From the NCBI GenBank assembly GCA_964291315.2, contig OZ219752.1:1-64000 (forward strand): 64,000 bases of DNA, in the 5' to 3' direction. This document shows, in pieces, positions 10,066-20,250 of this stretch. Below the pieces are notes generated by a model. That model was not told where the DNA came from, did not search any database, and worked only from the letters and a program-made list of their open reading frames with translations. The position numbers and the translations under genes are program-made. The number at the start of each line of letters is the position of its first letter. The first letter of the stretch is position 1. Source of the stretch: Candidatus Poribacteria bacterium. GTDB taxonomy: Bacteria > Poribacteria > WGA-4E > WGA-3G.

Positions 10066-11472
10066 ATGCACAAAGAGAAATCGCCACATCTTAAGACTAG
10101 CCGAAGAGATATTCCCGCGATCTTAGGCGGACTACCTGTCTTTGAAACATCTTCTGAGGCCCCCTATCCGAAGTTAGACACATGGAAGCAAATCACAGAA
10201 GAAGAAGCCCAGATTGTTTATGACATGACTCTGCGGAACGAGCTTTCCGGCGCCTCTCCGACTGTTCACGAATTTGAACAAACCTGGCGTGAACGTCACC
10301 AAACTCGATTTGCTTTGAGCCTTACTAACGGCACAGCAGCATTACATAGTGCTATGTTTGGAGTCGGGGTTGGACCCGGAGATGAAGTCATCTGCCCGAC
10401 GTACACCTGGGTAGGTTCAATCACACCGGCGCTAGCGCTGATGGCAACACCCGTTTTCTGCGAAGTGGATCCGAAAACACTACTCATTGACGTTGCTGAT
10501 GTCCGGAGGCACATCACACCACGGACGAAAGCGATTGTGGCGGTCCATTTGTGGGGTAATGTGTGTGACATGGATGCCCTGATAGCACTCAGTCAGGAAA
10601 CCGGGATAGCAGTCATTGAGGACTGCTCCCACGCGCACGGTGCATCTTACAAAGGTAGACAGTGCGGAAGCATCGGCAAGGTAGGCGCTTGGAGTTTACA
10701 AGGTAACAAGCCTGTCAGTGGCGGTGAGGGCGGAATGCTTGCAACTAATGATGTATCAATTTTTGAACGTGCATGTCTACTCGGTCAGGTCAATCGTTCC
10801 TTTAGTGCCATAAGCGAAGCTAGAGATGATGAATTGCGCTATCCACATCTACCACCGATGGGCTTAGGTATTAAATTTCGGGCCCATCCTCTTGCTATCG
10901 GCATCGCTTCTGTTCAACTGAAGAAACTTGATGAGCTCAACGCGAATCGCCGCGCCTATATCCAAGAAATCTCGGACGGATTGCAAGAGATTCCGGGCGT
11001 TTCTGCTGTCGAAACTTATGAAGGCACCGAATCAGCAGGATTCTACGGTTTGCCTATCCGCTATCATGCAGAGGAGATGAACGGACTTCCGGCCCCGGCC
11101 TTCGCAGAAGGACTTCAAAAAGAAGGGGTCTTGGCAAACAATAATCCTTATCCGCTCCTTGTTGGAGACGGTAGGCCGCTGTTTTCAGGCAGTTTCCCGA
11201 CAAACAGCAATCCATGCCCACTTCTCCACACTTTACCTGTCTTCAGACACGGATTTGATATGTATATGCACAATCGCTGTCATCTCTGTACGGTTAATAT
11301 AGGGGAGCAGTTTAAAACTTATGCAGCAGGAGATTTACCGATCACTGAACGGGCTTGTTCTCAACTCATATTTTTACCCTTATTGACGAAGCCGGTGGCG
11401 GGTGCCACATCAGGGATCCTGCATGCTATTCGCAAAGTTTCCTTACATAGCCATTTGATAAGTAATATATAA
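10066..11472 (+). CDS. DegT/DnrJ/EryC1/StrS PLP-dependent aminotransferase
   Basis: NGTAALH, GPGDEVI, TPRTKAIVAVHLWG, IEDCSHAHG, SLQGNK(PLP lysine)..GEGG. Confidence 0.9.
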   Translation: MHKEKSPHLKTSRRDIPAILGGLPVFETSSEAPYPKLDTWKQITEEEAQIVYDMTLRNELSGASPTVHEFEQTWRERHQTRFALSLTNGTAALHSAMFGVGVGPGDEVICPTYTWVGSITPALALMATPVFCEVDPKTLLIDVADVRRHITPRTKAIVAVHLWGNVCDMDALIALSQETGIAVIEDCSHAHGASYKGRQCGSIGKVGAWSLQGNKPVSGGEGGMLATNDVSIFERACLLGQVNRSFSAISEARDDELRYPHLPPMGLGIKFRAHPLAIGIASVQLKKLDELNANRRAYIQEISDGLQEIPGVSAVETYEGTESAGFYGLPIRYHAEEMNGLPAPAFAEGLQKEGVLANNNPYPLLVGDGRPLFSGSFPTNSNPCPLLHTLPVFRHGFDMYMHNRCHLCTVNIGEQFKTYAAGDLPITERACSQLIFLPLLTKPVAGATSGILHAIRKVSLHSHLISNI

Positions 11473-11491
11473 CTGAAGTTAAGTACATAAA

Positions 11492-13186
11492 ATGCCAAAA
11501 GAATTTTCAGCTCAAACTCGATCCAATAATATTGAAACTCTCCAGACTGAACCACTAGATGTCTTGGTTATTGGGGGCGGTATCGTCGGCGCGGGTGTAA
11601 TTCGAGACCTTGCGCTGAATGGGAAAATCAGGGCAGGGTTAATTGAGAAAGGCGACTTTGCAAGTGGAACGAGCAGCGCGACATCGCAGCTTATCCACGG
11701 GGGGTTTCGCTACCTCTTGAAACGGGACATCGGTCTCGTTAGACAAGCCCGGAAAGAACGTGAGATCCTCCGGTACATCGCACCGAATCTTGTCAAGTCT
11801 ATCCCTTTAGCAGTTCTCTGTTACAAAGGCGATCCATATCCGTTAGTTGGTATGCAACTCGCCTCACACTATTACAATTACCTTTCTCAAACAGATAGTG
11901 TGGAGAAATCGACAGCAATTCGCGACGCGCAAAAGATCCAAGACTTGATCGGGCCTATTGCGACGAGCACATTAAAAGGCTGTGTCATTCTATGGGATAG
12001 TACTGTTGATGATGCAAGATTAACCCTTGCGACACTCAAAGATGCACATCGACATGGTGCTGTTATCGTGAACTACGTCCGGTTTCTCGATTTTGTCGAT
12101 CAACCGAGTCCCTCCAATAATGGAAAGCGTTTGTCCAAAATAATGGTTGAAGATGTTATTTCTAGGGAACGCTTCGAAATCTCTGCGCGAAAAATTGTAT
12201 CAGCGACAGGGCCTTGGAGTGATCACGTGTGGCGTAAAGACCCAAGTTACGACGGGATCCCACGCCTTGTAACAAAGAATGCAAAAGGCATTCATCTCGT
12301 CTTACCTAGATGCGGAAAAGTAGACGACTCGGGGATGTACGGCTTAGTAGCCTTTACAAGATCGGAAAGACAGCACGGTGGCAAATCTCGCGTCATTTTT
12401 ATTTTGCCCGGTGCTCACAATACCTCTATCGTCGGTACTACTGAAACGACACCAGAGGAAGGTTTACCGTCGGTCCGTCCATCAGCTGCTGAAGTAGCAT
12501 ACCTGCTTTCAGAGGTGCAGCGAATTTTTCCGGACAAAACACTCAATAACGACACTATCATCGCTGCTTATGCGGGCACACGTCCACTTGTTGCAGCGAA
12601 TCCGTACCGTCGAGATTTTGCAAAAACTGAGTTCATTTCACGGGGGCACCTCATTACAGAAAGCCCAAGCGGGGTGATGTATCTATATGGTGGCAAACTC
12701 ACTACACACAGACATATAGCAGAAGAAACAGTAAATCGACTTGCTCCAATTCTGAATGTTCCGCGACGTTGTAAAACCGCGACATCTCCGTTGCCCAATG
12801 CTGTAGGAGGCGTGTCAAGTTCAGGTCAGAATCGCGCGTTACCATCAAACCTTGACGCGGAACGCCTCATTAAACGATACGGAGAAGGGTATTTCGCCAT
12901 TCAAGACTTCATAAGTGAAGACGCAACGCTTACTGAACCAATAACACCCGCTCTTCCGTTCATAAAAGCAGAACTTGTTTATGCCTATTGGGGCGAGATG
13001 GCGATGACATTGGACGATCTTCTCTGGCGACGCACCCGAATCGGTTGGACACCAGGTCAAGGGCTCAACATCGCCCCTCAAATCTCACAATTCTTAGGGA
13101 AAAAAAATAGCTGGGATCAAGCAAGAATTAAGGCAGAAGTAGACACATACCGGGAACACATCCGTTGGCTAAATTTCAATCTATAG
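11492..13186 (+). CDS. glpD: FAD-dependent glycerol-3-phosphate dehydrogenase/oxidase
   Basis: DVLVIGGGIVGAG, DFASGTSS..SQLIHGGFRYL, DDARL, KGIHL, GTRPL, GGKLTT, DDLLWRRTR. Confidence 0.85.
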   Translation: MPKEFSAQTRSNNIETLQTEPLDVLVIGGGIVGAGVIRDLALNGKIRAGLIEKGDFASGTSSATSQLIHGGFRYLLKRDIGLVRQARKEREILRYIAPNLVKSIPLAVLCYKGDPYPLVGMQLASHYYNYLSQTDSVEKSTAIRDAQKIQDLIGPIATSTLKGCVILWDSTVDDARLTLATLKDAHRHGAVIVNYVRFLDFVDQPSPSNNGKRLSKIMVEDVISRERFEISARKIVSATGPWSDHVWRKDPSYDGIPRLVTKNAKGIHLVLPRCGKVDDSGMYGLVAFTRSERQHGGKSRVIFILPGAHNTSIVGTTETTPEEGLPSVRPSAAEVAYLLSEVQRIFPDKTLNNDTIIAAYAGTRPLVAANPYRRDFAKTEFISRGHLITESPSGVMYLYGGKLTTHRHIAEETVNRLAPILNVPRRCKTATSPLPNAVGGVSSSGQNRALPSNLDAERLIKRYGEGYFAIQDFISEDATLTEPITPALPFIKAELVYAYWGEMAMTLDDLLWRRTRIGWTPGQGLNIAPQISQFLGKKNSWDQARIKAEVDTYREHIRWLNFNL

Positions 13187-13269
13187 ACTCTCTGATTACG
13201 ACAATGTATTTAATGACTTAGGACTTATCAATAAAGACTATCCACGTTTTATGAGATAAACTATAGACA

Positions 13270-14286
13270 TTGCAAAAATACGAAGATACTATGGAAGTTT
13301 ACCGTTGGGAAGACAGGAAATTTGGAAAACTGGAACCTTTACGTTTTGGGGCAGAACGTGATTTTGAGGACCTGCTCGAAAAAGATGCAACACTGGTCCT
13401 CGGTGAACCGCTTTGCGTCATCAGTAGACAACCACCACTGAGCACTTCAAAACAAAAAATCGACCTATTGGCACTAGATCGGCAAGGTAATTGTGTAATT
13501 ATTGAGCTCAAACGAGGAAAACCGTCTCGAACAGCAATCACTCAGATTCTGGAATACGCAGCTGGAATTTCCCAGCTCTCCTACATAGAATTAGAGCAGC
13601 TCGCTTATCGATGGTGTCAACAACAGGGAAAAGAATTTTCTTCACTTACAGCCCTCCATAGTGAATTCTTTGAATGCGAATTGGGCAATATTCGGCGATC
13701 GGCATTCAATCAACACCAGCGATTAGTCCTCGTCTCGGAGGGGGTTGACACGCGGGTTTTGGAAGTCGCCGAATACCTACGAACGTTGGGAATTGATCTC
13801 ACCTATATTTCCTATTTTTCTTACCACGCGCCCGATGAAATTTTAATCGCTACCGAAACGGTATTAGGAGGAACGCTTGTCAAGGAAGAAGAACGGGTTT
13901 ATCGCACCACGGCACAGCAGTTCATGACTCTCTCGTTGTTCATTGAGACACTAGAAGGAAACGAGGCACTCTTACAGATTGTCCATGAATTTTTGGCGTA
14001 TGTAGATACATGCGGAGCAACGTTTCGACCGCGTATCGCCAAACTCCGAATGACTATTGGTGGACGCTGGTGGCTTGACACTTATCCATCAAAAAGAGCG
14101 ACTCATTTCCGCGTTGATGTTCATGGCGATTCTACGCCGCTCCAAATTGCTGAATGCAGAGCTAATTTGCCTAACGTGACAGTGAAGAATTTCGGTATCT
14201 CCTTCAATATTGCATCCAAGGCGGATCTTGTTTATGCCATCGAAATTTTTGAACGTGCTCGGAATTCTATCCTATCTTCCTCATAA
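13270..14286 (+). CDS. NucS/DUF91-like PD-(D/E)xK endonuclease domain protein
   Basis: E..FEDLL, IDLLALD..G..VIIELKR, AITQILEYA. Confidence 0.7.
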   Translation: MQKYEDTMEVYRWEDRKFGKLEPLRFGAERDFEDLLEKDATLVLGEPLCVISRQPPLSTSKQKIDLLALDRQGNCVIIELKRGKPSRTAITQILEYAAGISQLSYIELEQLAYRWCQQQGKEFSSLTALHSEFFECELGNIRRSAFNQHQRLVLVSEGVDTRVLEVAEYLRTLGIDLTYISYFSYHAPDEILIATETVLGGTLVKEEERVYRTTAQQFMTLSLFIETLEGNEALLQIVHEFLAYVDTCGATFRPRIAKLRMTIGGRWWLDTYPSKRATHFRVDVHGDSTPLQIAECRANLPNVTVKNFGISFNIASKADLVYAIEIFERARNSILSSS

Positions 14287-14443
14287 TAACAGCGGTAAAT
14301 TCAATATAAAAGCAGGGGTTCCCTGGATTCCATTTTTCAAAGCTGTTATCGTGGACGGCTTCAAAAACATAGATTAAGTCGAAATGCCCCAAAAACCACC
14401 GTGAAATTTAATAGAGCGGTGTTCAAAGAGAAATAGTTAACAA

Positions 14444-15478
14444 ATGAGCTGGCTCCGTTTTGGTCATCCAGAATTCCTCCATTTTCTATGGGCAGTCCCG
14501 TTTTTAACTCTATTTTTGCTCTTTGGACTATGCAAGAAACAGAAAGCGCTCCAGCGATTCTCCAGCGATGTCAACCCTGCGCCCTCACACCGCCATAAAG
14601 CTCAAGCGGGATTGCTCCTACTGAGTTATCTACTTGTAACACTCGCAATAGCGCGCCCACAATGGGGCTCGAAACCTGAACCCGTTGCGGAGAGATTGGA
14701 CATCATGCTTGGACTGGATATTTCAACAAGTATGCTGGCAGAAAGTGAAACATCTATTCGGCGATTGACTCAGGCTAAAGAGATCATTTTCTCGCTCCTA
14801 GATGAACTCAAGGGAGACCGATTTGGTCTACTCTACTTCGCTGAAGTCAGCTTCGTGGTATGCCCTTTAACAAGCGATACGACTACACTCATAGAATTTT
14901 TAGAGGCAATCACGCCGAAGACACTTGCCCATAGCGGTACGCGAATCAGCAATGCCATCGAAGTGGCAACCGAGCGACTTATGTCGGATCAAAACGATTC
15001 TACAGCAACAGATGCTGATTTCGGCGGACAGAAAGTTCTGATTCTATTTACGGATGGGGAGGATCACGGGGAAGAAGCTACCTCAGCAGCAAAAGAGGCG
15101 AGGCAAGGAGGTGTGCATGTTTATTGTGTCGGAGTGGGTAATCCTGTTCAATCTGTCCCGATTCCGCTTCCGCCGGGTACAGAGGTAGAAACAACACCCT
15201 ACAAACGCAATGCCAACGGACAACTTGTGCTAACAGTCTTAGATGAAACCTATCTCAAGGTAATTGCCAAAGCAGGGAATGGCAATTACTATCAGGCAAC
15301 TGCTGGGATTACCGAGCTACGGTCAGACTTAGCACACCTCAAAAGACAGAAATTTAAAATCCGCAGAGGCAGCAAATATCAAGAACAATTCCAATACTTT
15401 GTAGCGTGTGCGTTAATTCTACTCATCTGTGAGATCCTATACTTTGTTGTAGTATGGTCTCACAAATTTCGCAGTTGA
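14444..15478 (+). CDS. VWA domain membrane protein (BatB-like)
   Basis: RF.HP..L..LW, LAIARPQWG, MIDAS DISTSM, PLTSD, ILFTDGEDH, C-terminal E.FQYF plus TM. Confidence 0.85.
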   Translation: MSWLRFGHPEFLHFLWAVPFLTLFLLFGLCKKQKALQRFSSDVNPAPSHRHKAQAGLLLLSYLLVTLAIARPQWGSKPEPVAERLDIMLGLDISTSMLAESETSIRRLTQAKEIIFSLLDELKGDRFGLLYFAEVSFVVCPLTSDTTTLIEFLEAITPKTLAHSGTRISNAIEVATERLMSDQNDSTATDADFGGQKVLILFTDGEDHGEEATSAAKEARQGGVHVYCVGVGNPVQSVPIPLPPGTEVETTPYKRNANGQLVLTVLDETYLKVIAKAGNGNYYQATAGITELRSDLAHLKRQKFKIRRGSKYQEQFQYFVACALILLICEILYFVVVWSHKFRS

Positions 15479-15485
15479 TATTATA

Positions 15486-16484
15486 CTATACCTTTTTGGA
15501 CATTAAGCCCCCAGGACGAAAACGCATTAAGAGGATGAGGATAACTCCAAAAATAAGATAGCGGGCATTCCCAAATTGGTATGGGATAATGACCCCCGGT
15601 CTTAAAACTTCTCCCAAACATCCGAGAATCGCTGCACCTATCATCGCTCCTCTTATACTCCCCATACCACCGAGGACGACCATACAGAGAATCAGAATCG
15701 ATTCCCAAAATTCAAAGAATGGGGCACTAATGTTAACTTGGAATTGTGCAACGAAGCCGCCCCCTAACCCCCCGATTGCCGCACTGACTGCAAACGCTAG
15801 AGCTTTGTAACGACTCAGGTTGATGCCCATACTCTCCGCGGCTTGTTCGTCTTCACGAATCGCCACCCAGGCCCTACCGACGCGTGAATGCTGCAGACGG
15901 TATGTAATGAAGATAACCAAGATCAGCAGGATAAGAATGTGGTAGTAGTGATGCCAATTCTGATTGAACACTTGCCCAAAAATGACAGGGGATGGAATGT
16001 CCCGAACAAACCCGTTCGGCCCGCCAATCAACCACTGTTCGTTTTTCACAATACGGAAAAGCAATTCGGCGAATCCGAAGGTAACAATTGCGAAATAATC
16101 ACCTGTGAGTCGTAAAGTAGGTGCTCCACGTAACAGTCCCCATAATGCCCCGTTGACTACAGCGAGTGGCAAGGCAATCCAATAAGTCAACCCGAGTCTC
16201 GTCATCAACAGCCCGGCTGTATAGCCTCCGATAAGATAAAAACCGACATAGCCGAGATCAAGGAGTCCTGTAAATCCACACACGATATTCAGTCCGATAG
16301 CAAGAAGCATATAGAGATAGGCACGAGCAATAATCCGAAGCATATAATCTCCGCTGGGGAGACCTAGGTAAATATCCTGGTACGACAAAAAGAGGGTGAC
16401 GGCATCTAGGCCATACATTAACAGCGGTAAAAAGCAGACAAATAAGCCAAGGGTAATGTTTTTAGGAGTCAATTGATTCTTCAT
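15486..16484 (-). CDS. livM: Branched-chain amino acid ABC permease
   Basis: GLNIVCGFTGLLDLGYVGF, PTLRLTGDYFAIVT, SRVGRAWVAIREDE. Confidence 0.9.
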   Translation of the reverse strand: MKNQLTPKNITLGLFVCFLPLLMYGLDAVTLFLSYQDIYLGLPSGDYMLRIIARAYLYMLLAIGLNIVCGFTGLLDLGYVGFYLIGGYTAGLLMTRLGLTYWIALPLAVVNGALWGLLRGAPTLRLTGDYFAIVTFGFAELLFRIVKNEQWLIGGPNGFVRDIPSPVIFGQVFNQNWHHYYHILILLILVIFITYRLQHSRVGRAWVAIREDEQAAESMGINLSRYKALAFAVSAAIGGLGGGFVAQFQVNISAPFFEFWESILILCMVVLGGMGSIRGAMIGAAILGCLGEVLRPGVIIPYQFGNARYLIFGVILILLMRFRPGGLMSKKV

Positions 16485-16485
16485 G

Positions 16486-17382
16486 CTAAGCGCGATGTCC
16501 TGTTGATTTTCCAAACAGTCCGGAGGGACGGATAACAATTACCGCAATCATAATAATATAGGCAATTGCTAACCGATACCCTGAGGAGATGTATCCAGCC
16601 CCAAAAACTTCGGCTAACCCGATTATGATACCGCCGAGCATTGCCCCTGTGATGTTGCCTATACCACCCAGGACAGCTGCTGCAAAAGCAGCGACACCTT
16701 TATAGTAGCCCATTGTTGGTGTAACCACTTCACGTAAACCTACCATCACACCTGCAACCGCTCCTAAGGCGGAGCCGATAATAAATGTAATAGCGATAAC
16801 TCGGTTTGTCCTGATCCCCATGAGATTCGCTGCCACGGGATTTTGGGCACACGCTCGCATTGCTTTACCTATCTTGGTCAGATAAATTAATCTGTTCAGA
16901 GTTATCATCAAAACAAGAGCTAATAAGATAATGAATACATCCCGATAAGGTAAAGCTGCACCACCGGGGAGCCCAAGTGCATTCTCACTGAGAAAGATAG
17001 TGGGAAGAATCTCGGAAGGAAACTGACGGGGACGGGCTGACCAAATCATGCGCGCGAGGTTTTGTAATGCAAGCGACATGCCGATTGCTGTAATCAACGC
17101 AGATAAACGGGGCGCGTTCCGAAGCGGTCGGTATGCTACCAAATCGATCAGCATGCCTAACATGCCGCATAAAATCATACTCAGCGGCAACGCTATCCAA
17201 AAAGGTATACCGAAAAGGGTTATCAGCATAAGCGCTATATAAGCACCGAACATGAAGATTTCGCCGTGAGCGAAATTAATCAGCTGGATAATACCATAAA
17301 CCATGGTATAACCGACAGCGATGAGCGCGTAAATGCCGCCCAATACCAATCCATTAATAATCTGCTCCAAAAATTGCGCCAT
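16486..17382 (-). CDS. livH: Branched-chain amino acid ABC permease
   Basis: QIINGLVLGGIYALIAVGYTMVYGIIQLINFAHGE, AFAAAVLGGIG. Confidence 0.92.
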   Translation of the reverse strand: MAQFLEQIINGLVLGGIYALIAVGYTMVYGIIQLINFAHGEIFMFGAYIALMLITLFGIPFWIALPLSMILCGMLGMLIDLVAYRPLRNAPRLSALITAIGMSLALQNLARMIWSARPRQFPSEILPTIFLSENALGLPGGAALPYRDVFIILLALVLMITLNRLIYLTKIGKAMRACAQNPVAANLMGIRTNRVIAITFIIGSALGAVAGVMVGLREVVTPTMGYYKGVAAFAAAVLGGIGNITGAMLGGIIIGLAEVFGAGYISSGYRLAIAYIIMIAVIVIRPSGLFGKSTGHRA

Positions 17383-17470
17383 ATTTTCCTTCAGGTATTA
17401 ATTCTATAGAGAGATCTCAGTTGTCTAGTACCTTTACATTGCGATAAGCAGAAAACTCGTCTTCAGAAAG

Positions 17471-18667
17471 TTAATCTAACTCAAGTAGTTGTTGATCTGC
17501 TGCAACAAATTGCCCATTTTTGACAACTTTCACGTAAGCAGGTTTATTAACGGTATCTCCATTTATATCGAAATAGGTCAACCCTGTAACACCGGTGTAA
17601 CCTTCTTCAGGTGTGTCCAAGGATGCTAAATGGTCCCGGATTGCTTTGCGATTATCTGCAACGGATGCTTCTGGACTATAGGTCTTCTCAAGAGCGTCCG
17701 CAATCATTCCGACAGCGTCGTAGGTCAACGCAGCCCAGGTATCGGGCGGCACACCGTGAAGAGCCTCAAAGGCGGCTGCCATCCGTTGTGCTTTTTCGTC
17801 CGTTGGTCCGAACGTGAAAGGCGTTGTTAGGTAAGTCCCCTCTCCTGCAGGGCCGGCAATTGTCAGGAAGTCTGGGGAGTCGACACCATCCGCGCCGAAA
17901 AACTGTGCAGTGATACCAGTCTCGCGCGCTTGTTTGACAATTAACCCCGCTTCGCTATAGAGTCCAGAGATGAAGATTACCTCCGGATTCTTGGCTTTAA
18001 TACTAGTGAGCTGCGCCTTAAAATCGGTATTATCGCGATCGTAGGCTTCCGAAGCCACGAGATTCAGCCTTGTTTTTTTGGCTTCATCAACGAATGCGTC
18101 CCTTAAACCACGCCCATAATCATCATTCTCAAAAAAAACAGCAACAGATTGAATTTCTGTCATGACCTTATCAATATATTGTGCGATAAATTTCCCTTGG
18201 AAATCGTCTCGATACAGATTGCGGAAGGTCCAATCGCTGCCCTCACAAACATTTACATTCGTAGAACCGGGCGACAGCTCGACAATACCAGCGCGTTGGT
18301 AGATCGGTTTGCCAGCCAATGAACAGGAACTGTTGAAATGTCCAACGACGGCGAGGATCTGCAAGTTGTTGGCGATGCGCTCTGCGACGAGACTTGCCTC
18401 CGAATCTTTGCCAGCATCATCTTCAAAAAGCAGCGTCAAGGTCATGCCGTTGATTCCGCCAGTATCATTAATCTCTTTCCTTCGGAGTTCAGCGCCGCGT
18501 CTGATCATTTCGCCAAACGCCGCGTTACCACCAGTAAATGGAGCGGCAACAGCAACTTTTAATTCCTTGGTTTGAGGTTGACACCCCAAAGTGGGCATGA
18601 GTGCTATTACTAGTAACCCGAGAAGCCAATTTCGCATTTTAAGTATACTCCCTCTGTATTTGGGCAA
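17471..18667 (-). CDS. Branched-chain amino acid ABC substrate-binding lipoprotein (LivJ/K family)
   Basis: Lipobox TLGC, APFTG..A.FG, INDTGGING, VVGHFNSS, DDYGRGL; start probably MRNWLL. Confidence 0.88.
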   Translation of the reverse strand: MPKYRGSILKMRNWLLGLLVIALMPTLGCQPQTKELKVAVAAPFTGGNAAFGEMIRRGAELRRKEINDTGGINGMTLTLLFEDDAGKDSEASLVAERIANNLQILAVVGHFNSSCSLAGKPIYQRAGIVELSPGSTNVNVCEGSDWTFRNLYRDDFQGKFIAQYIDKVMTEIQSVAVFFENDDYGRGLRDAFVDEAKKTRLNLVASEAYDRDNTDFKAQLTSIKAKNPEVIFISGLYSEAGLIVKQARETGITAQFFGADGVDSPDFLTIAGPAGEGTYLTTPFTFGPTDEKAQRMAAAFEALHGVPPDTWAALTYDAVGMIADALEKTYSPEASVADNRKAIRDHLASLDTPEEGYTGVTGLTYFDINGDTVNKPAYVKVVKNGQFVAADQQLLELD

Positions 18668-18679
18668 TTCTGCACGCTA

Positions 18680-19483
18680 TCAATCCTCATCAAAGAATCG
18701 AGGGGATTCACCGTCCTGCTGCAGGATCTGCCTAAAATCAAGTTTAAATTCTAATCTATCCTCTTTACCGTCTGGATGGACTATCCGAACCCCAGGAACA
18801 ACGATTCTAATATCTGTAGCGTCCTTGGGAAGCCGGTCGAAAATTAAAAGCCCGCTTCGTTTGGCCCCGGAGAACAACTTAGCAGTTTTAAAAATGCTGT
18901 CCTCTATCACCATTCGTTCCCACTCTAATGCCTCCGTATCTACATAGGATTGGTAGTGCCGATAATAGGAGTGGTAATTCGCAGAAGTATAAGCGGAGGC
19001 TGCATGCCAAGGATCGGCGCCCGATACATCAACATCCTCGTAGAGTACAGCAAAGTAATCGCCTGATAGATTCGCATACTGCGTACTCTTTGCATCAATG
19101 AGGACTGCTCTATCATCAACCAACACACGACGGTTCTGCCGATTATGGACTGTGATTCCGAACACCGTGTAGATAGGTTCAACGGCACCATTTCTTTCGA
19201 CGATGAGATATGGATTCACTTTTGGGTCTTCAGTAAGAGCGAAGAGTTCTACCTCATCAAGTGGTTCGATCGTAACAGCAACCCCATTTTTCACGACGGT
19301 TGCAGTCCCAGTTTCTTGATCAATCTCTGCGTTAAAACGTTCTCCAATAGGTTCCATGTAGACATCAATCGAAGGGTGTGGTGCAGCAGCGCATCCAGCC
19401 GCGAGTACCCCGGTTAAGAATAGCAAAGCGATTCTAATCATATTCTGATATTGGAAATAGATTCTACCTTCTCTATGAATCAT
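18680..19483 (-). CDS. Hypothetical lipoprotein
   Basis: 267-aa ORF, MIRIALLFLTGVLAAGC lipobox, co-oriented with the liv genes. Confidence 0.7.
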   Translation of the reverse strand: MIHREGRIYFQYQNMIRIALLFLTGVLAAGCAAAPHPSIDVYMEPIGERFNAEIDQETGTATVVKNGVAVTIEPLDEVELFALTEDPKVNPYLIVERNGAVEPIYTVFGITVHNRQNRRVLVDDRAVLIDAKSTQYANLSGDYFAVLYEDVDVSGADPWHAASAYTSANYHSYYRHYQSYVDTEALEWERMVIEDSIFKTAKLFSGAKRSGLLIFDRLPKDATDIRIVVPGVRIVHPDGKEDRLEFKLDFRQILQQDGESPRFFDED

Positions 19484-19590
19484 GAGTCTTCTCCTCCTAT
19501 AGCAATTATATTCTATACATCATGAATTGTATTGTCAAGGTTTTTAGGCATAGCGCCACTTAATCGTCCCAGCTAACGGTTCTATGCGTA

Positions 19591-20199
19591 CTAAAATTCC
19601 CATTTTAGGAGCGTGCCCCGGTGGTGCCACACCAGCATTCCCATTGCAGTACCAATTGCTGCCCCAGCCACAACGTCTGATGTATAATGTCGTCCCAAAT
19701 AGATACGCGAGAAACCGACGAGTCCAGCGCCGATATAGAGGGGAATTCGCCATTTCGGATACTGATATCCCAAAATGGTTGCAACACTAAAAGTAATAGA
19801 AGCATGTCCTGACGGCATCGCCGGATTTCCCAAGGTTTCATCAAGCGGACGTTTCCTGCCTATTAATCTTTTCATGCCAAACGTTATGACTCCTGCTCCC
19901 ATATATGCTGAAGCTAAAAGTTTTCCGGTTTCTCGATGTGAGTCATTTCCATATGCCATGAGGAGAATCGAGGCACCCATAACACCTCTATAATCTCCAA
20001 GATCCGAGATACCCGTCATGATTGTCCACAGCGACTCTTGGCGCGGTGGTGCGTCATAAATCCGATCAAAGAGCGTTTGATCCCAACGTGACAAGAGGTC
20101 TTCAGCATTCGCTTCTAACCCCGCTGTAAAGCAGCAAAAGATCGAAATACATATAAGACAGGTTTTAAGATACCCATATTCTACACGCCAATGATCCAT
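19591..20199 (-). CDS. PAP2 family phosphatase
   Basis: K..IGRKRP, PSGH and SRIYLGRHYTSDV motifs. Confidence 0.9.
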   Translation of the reverse strand: MDHWRVEYGYLKTCLICISIFCCFTAGLEANAEDLLSRWDQTLFDRIYDAPPRQESLWTIMTGISDLGDYRGVMGASILLMAYGNDSHRETGKLLASAYMGAGVITFGMKRLIGRKRPLDETLGNPAMPSGHASITFSVATILGYQYPKWRIPLYIGAGLVGFSRIYLGRHYTSDVVAGAAIGTAMGMLVWHHRGTLLKWEF

Positions 20200-20250
20200 T
20201 AGAGAAAGTTTACCTCGCCAGAGCCCTAGACATGAATTTCACGTCAGGGG

